Assembly (NCBI GenBank): GCA_963728205.1 | Contig: CAVSIV010000006.1 | Coordinates: 128,001-192,000, forward strand | Direction: 5' to 3' | Source of the DNA: an uncultured Chloroflexia bacterium | GTDB taxonomy: Bacteria; Chloroflexota; Dehalococcoidia; UBA2979 | Length of the DNA: 64,000 nt | In this document: positions 9,250 to 20,082 of the stretch, piece after piece | Numbering within the stretch: position 1 is the stretch's first letter | Layout of the letters: every line of letters starts with the position of its first letter | Position numbers and translations under genes: made by a program | Notes under the pieces: model-generated | The model's input: the letters and a program-made list of their open reading frames with translations, nothing else | The model's database searches: none | What the model was told of the DNA's origin: nothing

Positions 9250-9912
9250 ATGCATCTGCTGATCGCGGAGGACGACCGCCGCCTGGCGCGGCTCCTGCAG
9301 CGCGGCCTCGAGTCCGAGGGCCACCGCGTGGATCTCGCCGCCGACGGCGACGAGGCGCTCGCCCTCGCGCTCCAGGGCGGGTTCGACCTCTACGTGCTGG
9401 ACGTGATGATGCCCGGCACCGACGGCTTCGCGGTCGTGCGCGCGCTGCGCGAGCGTCGCGACCCCACGCCCGTGCTGATGCTCACCGCGCGCGGCGAGAT
9501 CGAGGACCGCGTGCGCGGCCTCAACCTCGGCGCCGACGACTACCTGGTGAAGCCCTTCGACTTCGACGAACTGATCGCCCGCGTGCGCGCGCTCGGCCGC
9601 CGTCGCGGCGACGCCGCCGACGCCACGCTCCACGCCGGCCACATCGAGATCGACATGCTCAAGCGCGAGGTGCGCTTCCGCGGCAAGGGCGTGGAGCTGT
9701 CGCCGACCGAGTTCCGGCTGCTCGAGTTCCTCGTGCGCCATGCCGGGCAGCCGCAGTCGCGGCGGCGCATCCTCGCGCACGTCTGGGGCTACACGGACGA
9801 GCCGGACGCCAACGCGGTCGACCTCTACGTGCACTACCTGCGGCGCAAGCTCGGCGACGGCGGCGCGATCCGCACCGTGCGCGGCGTGGGGTACCGCGTG
9901 GACGCGGACTGA
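9250..9912 (+). CDS. OmpR-family DNA-binding response regulator
   Basis: AEDD, LDVMMP, LTAR, GADDYLVKPF, LRRKL, TVRGVGY. Confidence 0.95.
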   Translation: MHLLIAEDDRRLARLLQRGLESEGHRVDLAADGDEALALALQGGFDLYVLDVMMPGTDGFAVVRALRERRDPTPVLMLTARGEIEDRVRGLNLGADDYLVKPFDFDELIARVRALGRRRGDAADATLHAGHIEIDMLKREVRFRGKGVELSPTEFRLLEFLVRHAGQPQSRRRILAHVWGYTDEPDANAVDLYVHYLRRKLGDGGAIRTVRGVGYRVDAD

Positions 9913-11223
9913 TGTACCGCAACGCACGGCTGCGGCTCGTGACGTGGTACGCGGCGATCTTCATCGCGATCCTCGCGGTGCTCGGGACTGCGGCCTTCCT
10001 GGCGATGCGCCGCGCGCTCGACGCGGAGGCCCGCGCGGGGATCCAGTCGGTGGTGGAGCAGTGGGTGACGTCGCGGCCGCGGCTCGGCGGGCAGGGGCAG
10101 GCGCCGCTCTTCTCCGACGAGAGCGTCTACCACGGCGAGACGGCGGACGTCTTCCTCGTAGCGTTTCGGCCGGACGGCACGATTGTGGCGAACACGCGCA
10201 ACCTCGAGCTGAGCGAGGCGGAGGTCGGCGAGGCGTTTGCCGACGCGCTGAACGGCGAGACGACATGGCTCACCATCGATACGGACCACCAGCTGCTGAC
10301 GGCGCTCGCCGAGCCGTTCCTCGACGACGGTCGCATCGCGGGGGTCGTCATCGCCGGTCGCAGCCTCGCGTCGCACGACCAGGAGCTGCGTCAGCTGCTG
10401 GCGGTGCTCGCGATCAGCGGCGCGGCCGGCGTGCTGCTGTCGCTCGCGGCGGGCTGGGTGCTCGCGGGCCGCGCGCTCGAGCCCCTGCGGCTGGCACACG
10501 AGCGCCAGCGCGCGTTCATCGCCGACACCTCGCACGAGCTGCGCTCGCCGCTCGCGGTGATCCGCACGTCGGCCGACCTGCTCCTGCGCGAGCAGGGGCC
10601 CGACGCGGACGCGCTCGACCGCGAGACGCTGGAGGGCGTGCGCGACGTCGCGGTCGAGGCGTCGCAACTGGTGGAGGAGATGCTCGAGCTCGCGCGGCTG
10701 TCGGAGCCCGCCGGTCGCGGACGGCGACGACGCCGCGTGGCCGGAGGCGGCGGGCGAGGGCGGCGGCGAGGCGGTCGAGGCGGCGCTCGACGCGGAGGTG
10801 CGTGCGGTGGCCGGGCAGCTCGCGCGGCTGCTCGAGGAGCACGGCAGCGCGGTGACGCTCGCGCTGCAGCCGGTGCGGGTGCGTGCGCGGCCGTCGGAGG
10901 TGCGGCGCGTGGTGCGCGCCCTGCTCGAGAACGTGCTGGCGCATACGCCGCGCGGCACGCCGGTGCGCGTCGCGAGCGAGCGGCGCGGCAACCGCGGCGT
11001 CGTCGTGGTCGGCGACGGCGGCGCGGGCGTGCCCGACGCGGAGCTGGCTCGCGTGTTCGAGCGCTTCTCGCAGGTGAACGCGGCGCGCACGCCGGGGCGC
11101 CGCGGCGCGGGGCTCGGGCTCGCGATCGTGCGGGCAATCGCGGAGCGGCGCGGCGGGTCCGCGGCCGCGGACCGCGCGCCCGAGGGTGGCCTGCAGGTAA
11201 CGGTGGCGCTGCCGGTGGCCTGA
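9912..11223 (+). CDS. Sensor histidine kinase (frameshift near 10710)
   Basis: Two TMs and H-box SHELRSPL in the first frame; LLENVLAHT, D.GAGV, FERF, GAGLGLAI in the 10798-11223 frame. Confidence 0.88.
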
Positions 11224-11311
11224 GCGGCGGCAGCCATGCCGCCGGCAGGTGCGCGGCGCCCGCCGCGGACTGCCGTCCGCGTGCCGTCGGCGGCATGTGT
11301 GCCGCCGCTGA
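11223..11311. repeat. REP-like palindrome copy (degenerate)
   Basis: AGCGGCGGCAGCCATGCCGCCG ... CGGCGGCATGTGTGCCGCCGCT. Confidence 0.75.
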
Positions 11312-11413
11312 GGCGGCCCGTTCGTACTGCCCAACGCGGGCCCAACGGCCGCGCCCGGCCGCCGGGACCCGCCTATGATGGGTTTCGCAACGCGTAGCCA
11401 GGAGGCACACCCC

Positions 11414-11986
11414 ATGGGCCTGGTCATCCTCATCATCGTGGTGGCGCTGGCGGCCATCGTCGTCCTCGCCATCATCGCGATGTACAACGGGCTGGTCCGC
11501 CGGCGCGTCCGCGTCGACGAGGCCTGGTCGCAGATCGACGTGCAGCTGAAGCGGCGGCACGACCTCATCCCGAACCTCGTGAACGCCGTCAAGGGCTACA
11601 TGAAGTTCGAGCAGGACACGCTCACCGCGGTCACGAACGCGCGGGCCGCCGCCGTCGCGGCCGGCGCCCAGGGCCCCGCGGCGCAGGCGCAGGCCGAGAA
11701 CGCACTGACCGGCACGCTGCGCTCGCTCTTCGCCGTGGTCGAGAACTACCCGGAGCTGAAGGCGAACCAGAACGTGGCCCAGCTCCAGGAAGAGCTGACC
11801 ACGACCGAGAACCGCATCTCGTTCTCGCGGCAGCACTACAACGCGACCGTGCGCGACTACAACACGTCAATCGCCACGTTCCCGACCTCGATGCTCGCGA
11901 GCCAGTTCGGCTTCGCGAAGCGCGAGTTCTTCGAGGCGGAGCCGGGCGCCGAGGCGGTCCCCGAGGTCAACCTGAACCTCGGCTAA
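11414..11986 (+). CDS. lemA: LemA family protein
   Basis: YNGLV, AWSQIDVQLKRRHDLIPNLV, ENYPELKAN; GGAGG RBS. Confidence 0.95.
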   Translation: MGLVILIIVVALAAIVVLAIIAMYNGLVRRRVRVDEAWSQIDVQLKRRHDLIPNLVNAVKGYMKFEQDTLTAVTNARAAAVAAGAQGPAAQAQAENALTGTLRSLFAVVENYPELKANQNVAQLQEELTTTENRISFSRQHYNATVRDYNTSIATFPTSMLASQFGFAKREFFEAEPGAEAVPEVNLNLG

Positions 11987-12017
11987 CGGGGGCGCGACGG
12001 GAGCGGGTACCGGGGTC

Positions 12018-13028
12018 GTGGCGGGCGAGACCTTCTTCGCACAGCAGGCGGCGAACCGCCGCATGTCGGTGCTGCTCATGCTCAGCGTCGTGCTGCTGCT
12101 CGCGGCGCTCGGGTTCGCGATCGGCTACGGGCTGACGGCGAACCCGGCGTCGTCGGTCGCGATCACGCTCGGCGCCGTCGTCCTCGGCACGCTCTTCGCG
12201 CTCGGCTCGTACTTCGCCGGCGACCAGGTCGTGCTCGCCGCGTCGCACGCGCGCGCCGTCACCGAGGACGAGGCGCCGGAGCTGTACCACGTGATCGAGG
12301 AGCTCGCGGTCGCGGCCAACCTCCCGATGCCGAAGGTCTACGTCATCGACGACAGCGCGCCGAACGCCTTCGCGACCGGGCGCGACCCGCAGCACGCCTC
12401 CGTGGCGATCACGACGGGGCTGCTCGAGAAGCTCAACCGCGAGGAGCTGCAGGGCGTCTTCGGCCATGAGCTGTCGCACGTGCGCAACTACGACATCCGC
12501 TTCGCGCTGCTCGTCGGCGTGATGGTCGGCGCGATCGCGCTGCTCGCCGACATGTTCCTGCGCTACACGTTCTGGTTCGGCGGCGGCCGCGGGCGGCGCG
12601 GCGGCGGGCGGGACGGCGACGGCGGCGGGAACGCGGGCCAGGCGATCGCGGCGATCCTCGCTGTGCTGCTCGCCATCCTCGCCCCGATCGCCGCGCGGCT
12701 GGTGCAGCTGTCGATCAGCCGCCAGCGCGAGTACCTCGCCGACGCAAGCTCGGTCGAGCTGACGCGCGACCCGGTGGGGCTGGAGCAGGCGCTGCAGAAG
12801 ATCGCGACCGACGACGAGGTGCTCGAGGTCGCGAACCGCGCGACCGCGCACCTCTACATCGTGAACCCGGTGAAGAAGTTCGAGGCGCGATCGCGCGGGC
12901 TGCTCTCGACGCACCCGCCGATCGTCGATCGCATCAACCGGCTGCGCGCGCTGCGGGGCGCGCCGCCGCTGGCCGCGGACAGCGCGGGTCGGCTGGCGGC
13001 GGTGGATCCCGACGCCGGCAACGCCTGA
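12018..13028 (+). CDS. htpX: M48 zinc metalloprotease HtpX
   Basis: PNAFATGR, HELSH, SRQREYLAD, STHPP; follows lemA. Confidence 0.92.
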   Translation: MAGETFFAQQAANRRMSVLLMLSVVLLLAALGFAIGYGLTANPASSVAITLGAVVLGTLFALGSYFAGDQVVLAASHARAVTEDEAPELYHVIEELAVAANLPMPKVYVIDDSAPNAFATGRDPQHASVAITTGLLEKLNREELQGVFGHELSHVRNYDIRFALLVGVMVGAIALLADMFLRYTFWFGGGRGRRGGGRDGDGGGNAGQAIAAILAVLLAILAPIAARLVQLSISRQREYLADASSVELTRDPVGLEQALQKIATDDEVLEVANRATAHLYIVNPVKKFEARSRGLLSTHPPIVDRINRLRALRGAPPLAADSAGRLAAVDPDAGNA

Positions 13029-13164
13029 TCCGGGCACCCTCGCAGGCGCATCGCAACCGCATCGCAACCTGCCGCCTGCGCTTACAACCGTCTTATGTTC
13101 CCGCACGTACGCTCTCGGGATGCCGGGCGCCCACCCGTCCCGGCGCGGGTGCGGAGGACTCAGC

Positions 13165-15405
13165 GTGGCCGTGAGCGACGACCTCGGGGCGATCATCCAG
13201 GGCGGCGGGTCGCGGCGGCGCGGGCGGTGGATCGTCGCCGGCATCGTGGTCGCCCTCGCCGTGGCGGCGGGAACCTACTGGGCCACGCACCGCACCGCGG
13301 CGGCCACGACGATCCAGCCGCAGCCGGTCGCCGTGACCAGGGGCACGCTCGCGATCACGACCAGCACGACCGGCACCGCGGCCGCGTCGAAGTCCTCGGA
13401 CCTGACGTTCTCGGCCGGCGGCATCGTGACAGCCGTGAACGTCAAGCCCGGGGACACGGTGACGCAGGGCCAGGTGCTCGCGCAACTCGACCCGACCGAC
13501 GCGCAGCGTTCGCTCGCGTCGGCGCAGGCCTCGTTCCAGGCCGCGCAGCTCAAGCTGCAGGCGCTCATCTCGCCGCCCGCGTACGCAAGCGACGTCGCCT
13601 CCGCGAACCAGTCGGTGGCATCCGCGCAGGCGGCGCTGCTCAACGCCCAGAAGACGCTCGCCTCGCTCGAGAACCCGTCCCAGGCCGACATCGACTCGGC
13701 GCACCAGGCGGTGCTCTCCGCCGAGGCATCCCTCTCGACGGCGGAGCAGAACCTCACGGCGCTCCAGAACCCGACCCCGCCCACGGCCGCGGACATCAGC
13801 GCCGCCGACGCCGCCGTCACCAGCGGACAGGTCTCGGTCACGAACGCGCAGAACCAGGTCGCCGGTGCACTGCCCGCGCTCAACAGCGCGTGGAGCAGCT
13901 ACTGCACGATCGTCCGCTCCACCGACTACACGCCCCTCAGCGACGTGTGCGCGTCGAGCCACCTGCCGTTGAGCTCGGCGGTGATCGACAAGCTCAACGC
14001 ATCGATCACGCCGGCGATGAGCCCGACCAGCACGCAGACGACCCGCGTCACCGCACTGATCCAGGCCAACAACGGCTACGTCAGCGCGCTCGGCGGGCAG
14101 ACGACCGCGGAGTCCAACCTCGCCTCCGCACAGCAGAAGCGCGACGCACTCGACCAGCCGGCGACCGCGACGCTCCAGCAGCTCTTCCAGTCCCGGCAGG
14201 CGGTCAACGCCGCACAGCAGGCGCTGGCGGTCGCGCAGCAGAAGGAGCAGATGCTGATCCACCCGAGCGCGTCCGACATCGCGTCGGCGCAGGTGGCGGT
14301 CACGGGCGCACAGGCGGGGCTGGCGTCGGCCGAGGCGCGCGCGGCGCAGACGAAGGCTGGCACCGACCCGAACACTGTCGCGCAGCAGCAGATCGCGGTG
14401 CAGCTGGCGCAGCAGCAGGTCGACACCGCCCGGGAGGCGCTCGACGGGCTCACGCTCACGGCGCCGTACGACGGGACCGTCGGCTCGGTCGCGATCCAGG
14501 CGGGTCAGCGCGTCGCGGCGAGTGCCGCGACGATCAACGTCACCGACCCGAACGCCATCGTCGTGAACCTGACGGTGTCGGAGACCGACCTGCCGAGCAT
14601 CAAGACCGGCGAGCTCGGCTTCGCCACCTTCGACGCGCTGCCGAGCGAGCGGTTCATCGTCCGCGTCGACTCGGTGAGCCTCGTCCCGACGACCGCGCAG
14701 GGCGTCGTGACCTACCCGGTGCAGGCCGAGATCCTGCAGGGGCAGGCGCTCGCGGGTGTGGCCGCGCAGCTGCGGAGCCTCGCGGGCGCGCTCGGCGGCG
14801 GCACCGCGCGCGCCGGGTTCGCGGGGCGGGCCGGCGCGAGCGCCGACGCCACGCCCGGCGCGAGGGCCGGCGGCGGCAAGGGGGCCGGCGCGGGCGTGCG
14901 GGCGCGCGCCACGGCCGCGGCCGGCGCCGCGGGCACGCCGGGCGCAGGCCGCCGCGGCGTTGCGGGCGGTGCAACCGCCGGGGCCGGGGCCGGGGCCGGC
15001 GGCGCCGCGGCCGGCGGTCTCGCCGCCGCGCTCCAGGACGAGGCCATGCCCGCCCCGGGCATGAGCGGCACGATCACGCTCCTCACCCGGGAGAAGACCG
15101 ACGTCCTGCTCGTGCCGTCCTCGGCCGTCCACACGCAGGGCCGCACCTCGTTCGTCTACGTGCCCAACGCCGACGGCACGCCGAAGGAACAGGACGTCGT
15201 GACCGGCGACTCCAACGGCACGCAGGTCGAGATCGCGTCCGGACTGAACGAGGGCGACACGGTCCTGCTGAACGTCACCGTGCCGAGCGCCGCGGCGGCG
15301 ACGACGACGGGCGGCGACACCGCGCCGGGCGGCGGGTTCGGCGGCTTCGGCGGAGGCGGTGGCGCCGGCGGCGGGCGCGGCGGCGCGACGGGCGGCCTGC
15401 GGTGA
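13165..15405 (+). CDS. Efflux periplasmic adaptor (MacA/HlyD-like) with long coiled coil
   Basis: TM anchor, VNVKPGDTV, LTAPYDGTV lipoyl halves, VSETDL, Gly-rich tail. Confidence 0.85.
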   Translation: MAVSDDLGAIIQGGGSRRRGRWIVAGIVVALAVAAGTYWATHRTAAATTIQPQPVAVTRGTLAITTSTTGTAAASKSSDLTFSAGGIVTAVNVKPGDTVTQGQVLAQLDPTDAQRSLASAQASFQAAQLKLQALISPPAYASDVASANQSVASAQAALLNAQKTLASLENPSQADIDSAHQAVLSAEASLSTAEQNLTALQNPTPPTAADISAADAAVTSGQVSVTNAQNQVAGALPALNSAWSSYCTIVRSTDYTPLSDVCASSHLPLSSAVIDKLNASITPAMSPTSTQTTRVTALIQANNGYVSALGGQTTAESNLASAQQKRDALDQPATATLQQLFQSRQAVNAAQQALAVAQQKEQMLIHPSASDIASAQVAVTGAQAGLASAEARAAQTKAGTDPNTVAQQQIAVQLAQQQVDTAREALDGLTLTAPYDGTVGSVAIQAGQRVAASAATINVTDPNAIVVNLTVSETDLPSIKTGELGFATFDALPSERFIVRVDSVSLVPTTAQGVVTYPVQAEILQGQALAGVAAQLRSLAGALGGGTARAGFAGRAGASADATPGARAGGGKGAGAGVRARATAAAGAAGTPGAGRRGVAGGATAGAGAGAGGAAAGGLAAALQDEAMPAPGMSGTITLLTREKTDVLLVPSSAVHTQGRTSFVYVPNADGTPKEQDVVTGDSNGTQVEIASGLNEGDTVLLNVTVPSAAAATTTGGDTAPGGGFGGFGGGGGAGGGRGGATGGLR

Positions 15406-16097
15406 TCCGCCTCGACCACGTGACGAAGAGCTACGTCACGGAAGCCGACACGGTCCACGCGCTGCGCGACGTCAACCTGGAGATCGCGTCGGGCGAGTTC
15501 GTCGCGATCATGGGTCCGTCGGGCTCCGGCAAGAGCACGATGATGAACATCCTCGGCTGCCTCGACCGGCCCTCGACCGGCGACTACTGGCTCGACGGCC
15601 ACGAGGTCGGCCGCCTCCCCGACACCGCTCGCGCCCGCCTGCGCGGCGGCGCCTTCGGCTTCGTCTTCCAGTCCTACAACCTGCTCCCACGCATGTCGGC
15701 GCTCGAGCAGGTGGAGCTACCGCTGATCTACCGGCGCACCCCCAACCGCCGGCGCCTGGCCCTGGAGGCGCTCGCGCGCGTCGGCCTCGCCGATCGTGCC
15801 CACCACCCCCCCACGCAGCTCTCCGGCGGCCAGCAGCAGCGCGTCGCCATCGCACGCTCCCTCGTCGTGAACCCGCGCGTGATCATGGCCGACGAGCCGA
15901 CGGGCGCCCTGGATACGAAGACCGGGGACGAGGTGATGGCGCTGCTCACCGACCTCGTCGAGCAGCAGGGGATCACCGTGATCCTCGTCACGCACGAGCA
16001 GTCGGTGGCCGAATACGCGCGTCGCACGCTGCGCATGCTCGACGGCGAGATCGTCGACGACACGGCGCCGCGCACCCTGCGGGCGGTGACGGGATGA
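15402..16097 (+). CDS. ABC ATP-binding protein (MacB/LolD-like)
   Basis: [34 protein letters not shown]. Confidence 0.93.
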   Translation: MIRLDHVTKSYVTEADTVHALRDVNLEIASGEFVAIMGPSGSGKSTMMNILGCLDRPSTGDYWLDGHEVGRLPDTARARLRGGAFGFVFQSYNLLPRMSALEQVELPLIYRRTPNRRRLALEALARVGLADRAHHPPTQLSGGQQQRVAIARSLVVNPRVIMADEPTGALDTKTGDEVMALLTDLVEQQGITVILVTHEQSVAEYARRTLRMLDGEIVDDTAPRTLRAVTG

Positions 16098-17347
16098 GCC
16101 TCGTCGACAGCCTGCGCATCGCCTTCCGTGCGATCGCCGCGAACCGCCTGCGCAGCGCGCTGACCGCGCTGGGCCTGATCATCGGCGTGAGCTCGGTGAT
16201 CGTGCTGATCGCCGTCGGGCAGGGCGCACAGAAGGGCGTCACCGACAAGATCCGCGGCCTGGGCACGAACCTGATCTTCGTGCAGCCGGGCCGCGCCACG
16301 GCGCAGCGGTCCGGCGGCGGCGCACGTGCCGAGGCCGCATCGCTCACCCTCGAGGACGCCACCGCCATCGGCGATGCCGGCATTCCGGGCGTCACGGGGG
16401 TCGATGGGGAGCTCAGTATCGGCGCGCAGGCGATCGTCGGCGGGCAGAACACGAACGCGACGCTGATTGGGACGACCGACAGCTACATCGACGTCCGCGG
16501 CGGCACCGTGGCGTCGGGCAATTTCCTCACGCCGACGGACGTCAGCACGAAGGCGCTCACCGCCGTCATCGGCTCGACGGTCGCGACCGACCTCTTCCCG
16601 GGCCAGGACCCGCTCGGGCAGTTCGTGCGCATCGCGCTGGCCGGGGGGCGCATCACGTTCAACTTCCGCGTCGTGGGCGTGATGGCGCCACGCGGCGGCA
16701 CCGGCCAGGAAGACACCTACATCTTCATCCCGGTCACGAGCGTGCTGGGCCGCATCGGCTTCATCCGCAACTCGTCGGGCCAGACGCCCGTCCGCCAGAT
16801 CGACATCAAGACGACGTCGAACGCGAGCCAGGACCTGGTGAAGCAGGCGGTCTCCGACCTGCTGATGCAGCGGCACGCCGTCGGCACGCCGGACTTCGTG
16901 ATCCAGAGCCAGAACGACCTGATCGGCGCGGCGTCGCAGGTCAGCACGACGCTGTCGATCCTGCTGGGCAGCATCGCCGGCATCTCGCTCATCGTCGGCG
17001 GCATCGGCGTGATGAACATCATGCTCGTGTCGGTAACGGAGCGAACGCGCGAGATCGGCATCCGGCGCGCGGTGGGTGCGCAGGCGAACGACATCGTGAA
17101 GCAATTCGTGACCGAGGCGCTCACGCTCTGCCTCGTCGGGGGGCTGGTCGGCGTCACGCTCGGCGTCGGCGGGGCGCTGCTGGTGAACAACCGCACGATC
17201 GCCGGCGCCGCCATGACGACGGTCGTGCAGCCGTGGAGCATCGTCGTCGCGTTCGCCGTCGCGGGCGGCGTCGGGCTGGTGAGCGGCAGCTATCCCGCGT
17301 ACCGGGCGACGGCGGTCGACCCGATCACCGCGCTGCGCAACGAGTAG
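16094..17347 (+). CDS. MacB/FtsX-like ABC permease
   Basis: [49 protein letters not shown]. Confidence 0.93.
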   Translation: MSLVDSLRIAFRAIAANRLRSALTALGLIIGVSSVIVLIAVGQGAQKGVTDKIRGLGTNLIFVQPGRATAQRSGGGARAEAASLTLEDATAIGDAGIPGVTGVDGELSIGAQAIVGGQNTNATLIGTTDSYIDVRGGTVASGNFLTPTDVSTKALTAVIGSTVATDLFPGQDPLGQFVRIALAGGRITFNFRVVGVMAPRGGTGQEDTYIFIPVTSVLGRIGFIRNSSGQTPVRQIDIKTTSNASQDLVKQAVSDLLMQRHAVGTPDFVIQSQNDLIGAASQVSTTLSILLGSIAGISLIVGGIGVMNIMLVSVTERTREIGIRRAVGAQANDIVKQFVTEALTLCLVGGLVGVTLGVGGALLVNNRTIAGAAMTTVVQPWSIVVAFAVAGGVGLVSGSYPAYRATAVDPITALRNE

Positions 17348-17651
17348 CCCGGGCGCTGCGGGGCCGCCTGCGCGCGGAAATGCTCGATCACCCGTCGTAA
17401 CCTGATCAGTAGGCAGCCCACGAGCAGCCGCGCGTCCGCGCACGGCTGCGACTACGGAGGACCCCCGGCACCTTCGCGCGGCGAACCCGTGGGCAGGTCC
17501 GAGAGAACATGACATATGGAACATGATTCATCGGACATCTATGATCGCCGGCACGCCGGGTGCTCGAAGGGAGGAGCGCGGGGCCACCTGCCTGATTAAG
17601 AACACTCTCACGCAACGAAGCTCCCATCGAACCCCATTTAGGAGAAGCTTC

Positions 17652-17969
17652 ATGCTTGCACGTACGACTGCGCGCTGGACGCTCGGTCTTGTCATCGGCT
17701 TGATCGCCGTCGGCCTCCTGGCCGCCAGCGCAATGGCGCAGACGCCAACCTCGACGGCGACCGCCACCGCGACTCCGACCAAGACGGCCACCGCCGCCGC
17801 GACCTCGACCGGCACCGCCGGCGCAACCGCGACCCCGGCCCCGGCGAGTACCGGGAACGCCGGCCTGTTCGCGAGCAACTCCAGCTCGGTCCTCGGCATC
17901 GCCCTGCTGGCCGTCGTGGCCGGCGGCGTGGTGATCGGCGGCCGTGAGCTGGCCAAGCGGCGCGAGTAG
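17652..17969 (+). CDS. Small exported Thr/Ala-rich protein with sortase-like C-terminal signal
   Basis: AGGAG RBS; signal peptide ending AMA-Q; T/A/P-rich body; PASTGNAGL, then TM helix, then KRRE. Confidence 0.7.
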   Translation: MLARTTARWTLGLVIGLIAVGLLAASAMAQTPTSTATATATPTKTATAAATSTGTAGATATPAPASTGNAGLFASNSSSVLGIALLAVVAGGVVIGGRELAKRRE

Positions 17970-18044
17970 CGTCGTCATCCCGCTCGCCCCGCGCGGCTCG
18001 GCCGCGCGGGGCGAGCACGGCATCGCCACCCCGTGTGGCACCAC

Positions 18045-18079
18045 GAAGGGTGGAGCGCGACGCGCTCCACCCTTCTGTT
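18045..18079 (+). terminator. Probable intrinsic terminator
   Basis: GAAGGGTGGAGCGCG-A-CGCGCTCCACCCTTC followed by TGTT; a second GC hairpin lies just upstream (about 17982-18016). Confidence 0.6.
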
Positions 18080-18180
18080 CGCGCGGCGCGGCGTGCGCCG
18101 CGGGACCTCACGCCGCGCGGCGGCTACGCTCGATCGCGCTCCCGGGCCGACGCGCCCGGCCGCTGCGAGGAGTGCCCGCG

Positions 18181-18372
18181 ATGGCCATCCCGCTTGCCGC
18201 GCTGCTCCCCATCGTCGTCCTCGCGCTCGCGTTCGACGCGTACTGCCTCTGGGACCTCGCGCACGCGCGGGTCCGCTACCTGCCGAAGTGGGGCTGGACG
18301 CTCGTCATCCTCTTCGTCTCGGCGCCGGTCGGCGGCATCGCGTACCTGGCAGCCGGCAAGGAGCCCGGGTGA
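18181..18372 (+). CDS. PLD nuclease N-terminal-like (PLDc_N) small membrane protein
   Basis: YCLWDL...RYLPKWGW...PVGGIAYL..GK. Confidence 0.8.
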   Translation: MAIPLAALLPIVVLALAFDAYCLWDLAHARVRYLPKWGWTLVILFVSAPVGGIAYLAAGKEPG

Positions 18373-19250
18373 TCATCGCCACGCGCTCACTGAGCAAGCA
18401 GTACGGGGCGAACGCGGCGCTCGACGGCGTCGACCTGCAGGTCGAGCAGGGCAGCGTCTACGGACTGGTCGGTCCGAACGGCTCCGGCAAGACGACGCTG
18501 CTCTCGATCCTCGCCGGCCTGCGCCGCCCGACCTCCGGCGCGTACTCCGTCGCCGTGCCGCGTGCACAGGTCGCGCTGGCGCCCGACACGCCGCACTTCG
18601 AGCCGTGGCTCACCGCACGCGAGCTCGTCGCGCTGGCCGCCTCGCTCGTCGGCAGCGACGTCGCGCCGGAGCGCATCGACGCCGCGCTGCACGACGCCGG
18701 CCTCGCCGACGCGGTCGACCGCCGTGTCGGCGGCTTCTCGCGCGGCATGCTGCAGCGGCTCGGCCTCGCGGCCACGCTCGTCGGCGACCCGCAGCTGCTG
18801 CTGCTCGACGAGCCCGCTGCCGCGCTCGACCCCATGGGCCGCCGCGAGGTGCTCGACCTGATCGCCCGCGAGCGCGGCCGCCGCACCGTCGTCTTCTCGA
18901 GCCACATCCTGTCCGACGTGCAGGAGGTGTGCGACACGGTCGGCATCCTGCGCGCCGGCACGCTGCTCTACCAGGGCTCGCTCGCCGCGCTGCTCACGGG
19001 ATCCGCCACGCCGAACTACGTCGTGCGACTGCGCGACGAGGACGACGGCGTCGCCGCCGCGCTGCGTGCGGAGCCGTGGGTGCGCGGCGTCGAGGCGGCC
19101 GCCCCGCGCGAGCTGCGGATTGCGGTCGACCGGCTCGAGGACGCCGAACGCGAGCTCCCCGGCGCGCTGGCCCGCGCGGGCGCCCGCGTGGTGAGCCTGG
19201 GGCCCGGCGAGGCGTCGCTCGAGCAGGTGTTTCTGGAGCTGACGCGATGA
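18369..19250 (+). CDS. ABC-2 type ATP-binding protein
   Basis: GPNGSGKTT, FSRGMLQR, LLDEP, SSHILSD. Confidence 0.92.
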   Translation: MIIATRSLSKQYGANAALDGVDLQVEQGSVYGLVGPNGSGKTTLLSILAGLRRPTSGAYSVAVPRAQVALAPDTPHFEPWLTARELVALAASLVGSDVAPERIDAALHDAGLADAVDRRVGGFSRGMLQRLGLAATLVGDPQLLLLDEPAAALDPMGRREVLDLIARERGRRTVVFSSHILSDVQEVCDTVGILRAGTLLYQGSLAALLTGSATPNYVVRLRDEDDGVAAALRAEPWVRGVEAAAPRELRIAVDRLEDAERELPGALARAGARVVSLGPGEASLEQVFLELTR

Positions 19251-19993
19251 GCCTCTGGCGGCTGGAGTGGCTGCGCATCAGGCGGACGTGGCGGCTGCCG
19301 GGCCTGCTCGTGATCTTCCTCTTCTTCGGCTTCCTCGGTCCGATCAGCGCGCGCTACGCCGCCGAGCTCGTGAAGCGCTTCGGCGGCGACGTGCAGTTCG
19401 TGGTCCCGCCGCCCGTCCCGGCCGACGGCGTCCAGCAGTACCTCGGCAACATCACGCAGCTCGGCCTGCTCGCAATCGTGGCCGCCGCCGCCGGCGCGTT
19501 CGCCTTCGACGGCAACCCCGAGCTGGCCGCGTTCTTCCGCACGCGCGTGCGGTCGATGCGCGGCCTCGTCCTGACGCGCTTCGCCGCGTACGTGATCGCG
19601 GCCGTCGTCGTGTTCACGCTCGGCACTACCGCCGCGTGGTACGAGACCGCGGTGCTGATCGGCGGACTGCCCGCCGGGCCGATGCTCGCGGGGCTCGGCT
19701 ACGCAGCGCTCTACTTCGCGTTCGCCGTCGCGCTCACGGCGCTGTCCGCGGGACTCGCGCGCGGCACGCTCGGCACCGTCGTGCTCACGTTCGCGCTGAT
19801 CGCCGGTGTCGCGCTGATCGGCGTGATCCCGGCCGTGGGCGAATGGCTGCCCGGGCGCCTCGCCGGCGCGATGCTCGGCCTCGTGCAGGGCACGCCCGCG
19901 CGCGACTACCTACGCGCGGCGGGCGTGTCGGTCGTGGCGACCGTCGTCGCGCTGTCGGCCGCCGTCGCCCTCCTGGCGCGCCGCGAGATCTGA
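19247..19993 (+). CDS. ABC-2 permease
   Basis: About six TM segments; ATGA overlap with the ATPase gene. Confidence 0.85.
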   Translation: MSLWRLEWLRIRRTWRLPGLLVIFLFFGFLGPISARYAAELVKRFGGDVQFVVPPPVPADGVQQYLGNITQLGLLAIVAAAAGAFAFDGNPELAAFFRTRVRSMRGLVLTRFAAYVIAAVVVFTLGTTAAWYETAVLIGGLPAGPMLAGLGYAALYFAFAVALTALSAGLARGTLGTVVLTFALIAGVALIGVIPAVGEWLPGRLAGAMLGLVQGTPARDYLRAAGVSVVATVVALSAAVALLARREI

Positions 19994-20082
19994 CCCGGCC
20001 GCCGGACGACCGGCCCGGTAGCCGCGGCGTGGACGCGCTCCCTACCATCCACGTCGCCGCGATGGACGAGGGGGGACGCCCG

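Noticed and set aside
17480-17600. SRP RNA or c-di-AMP riboswitch
   Set aside because: CAGGTCCG is present but the conserved GAAGGAAGCAG continuation and ydaO core motifs are missing.
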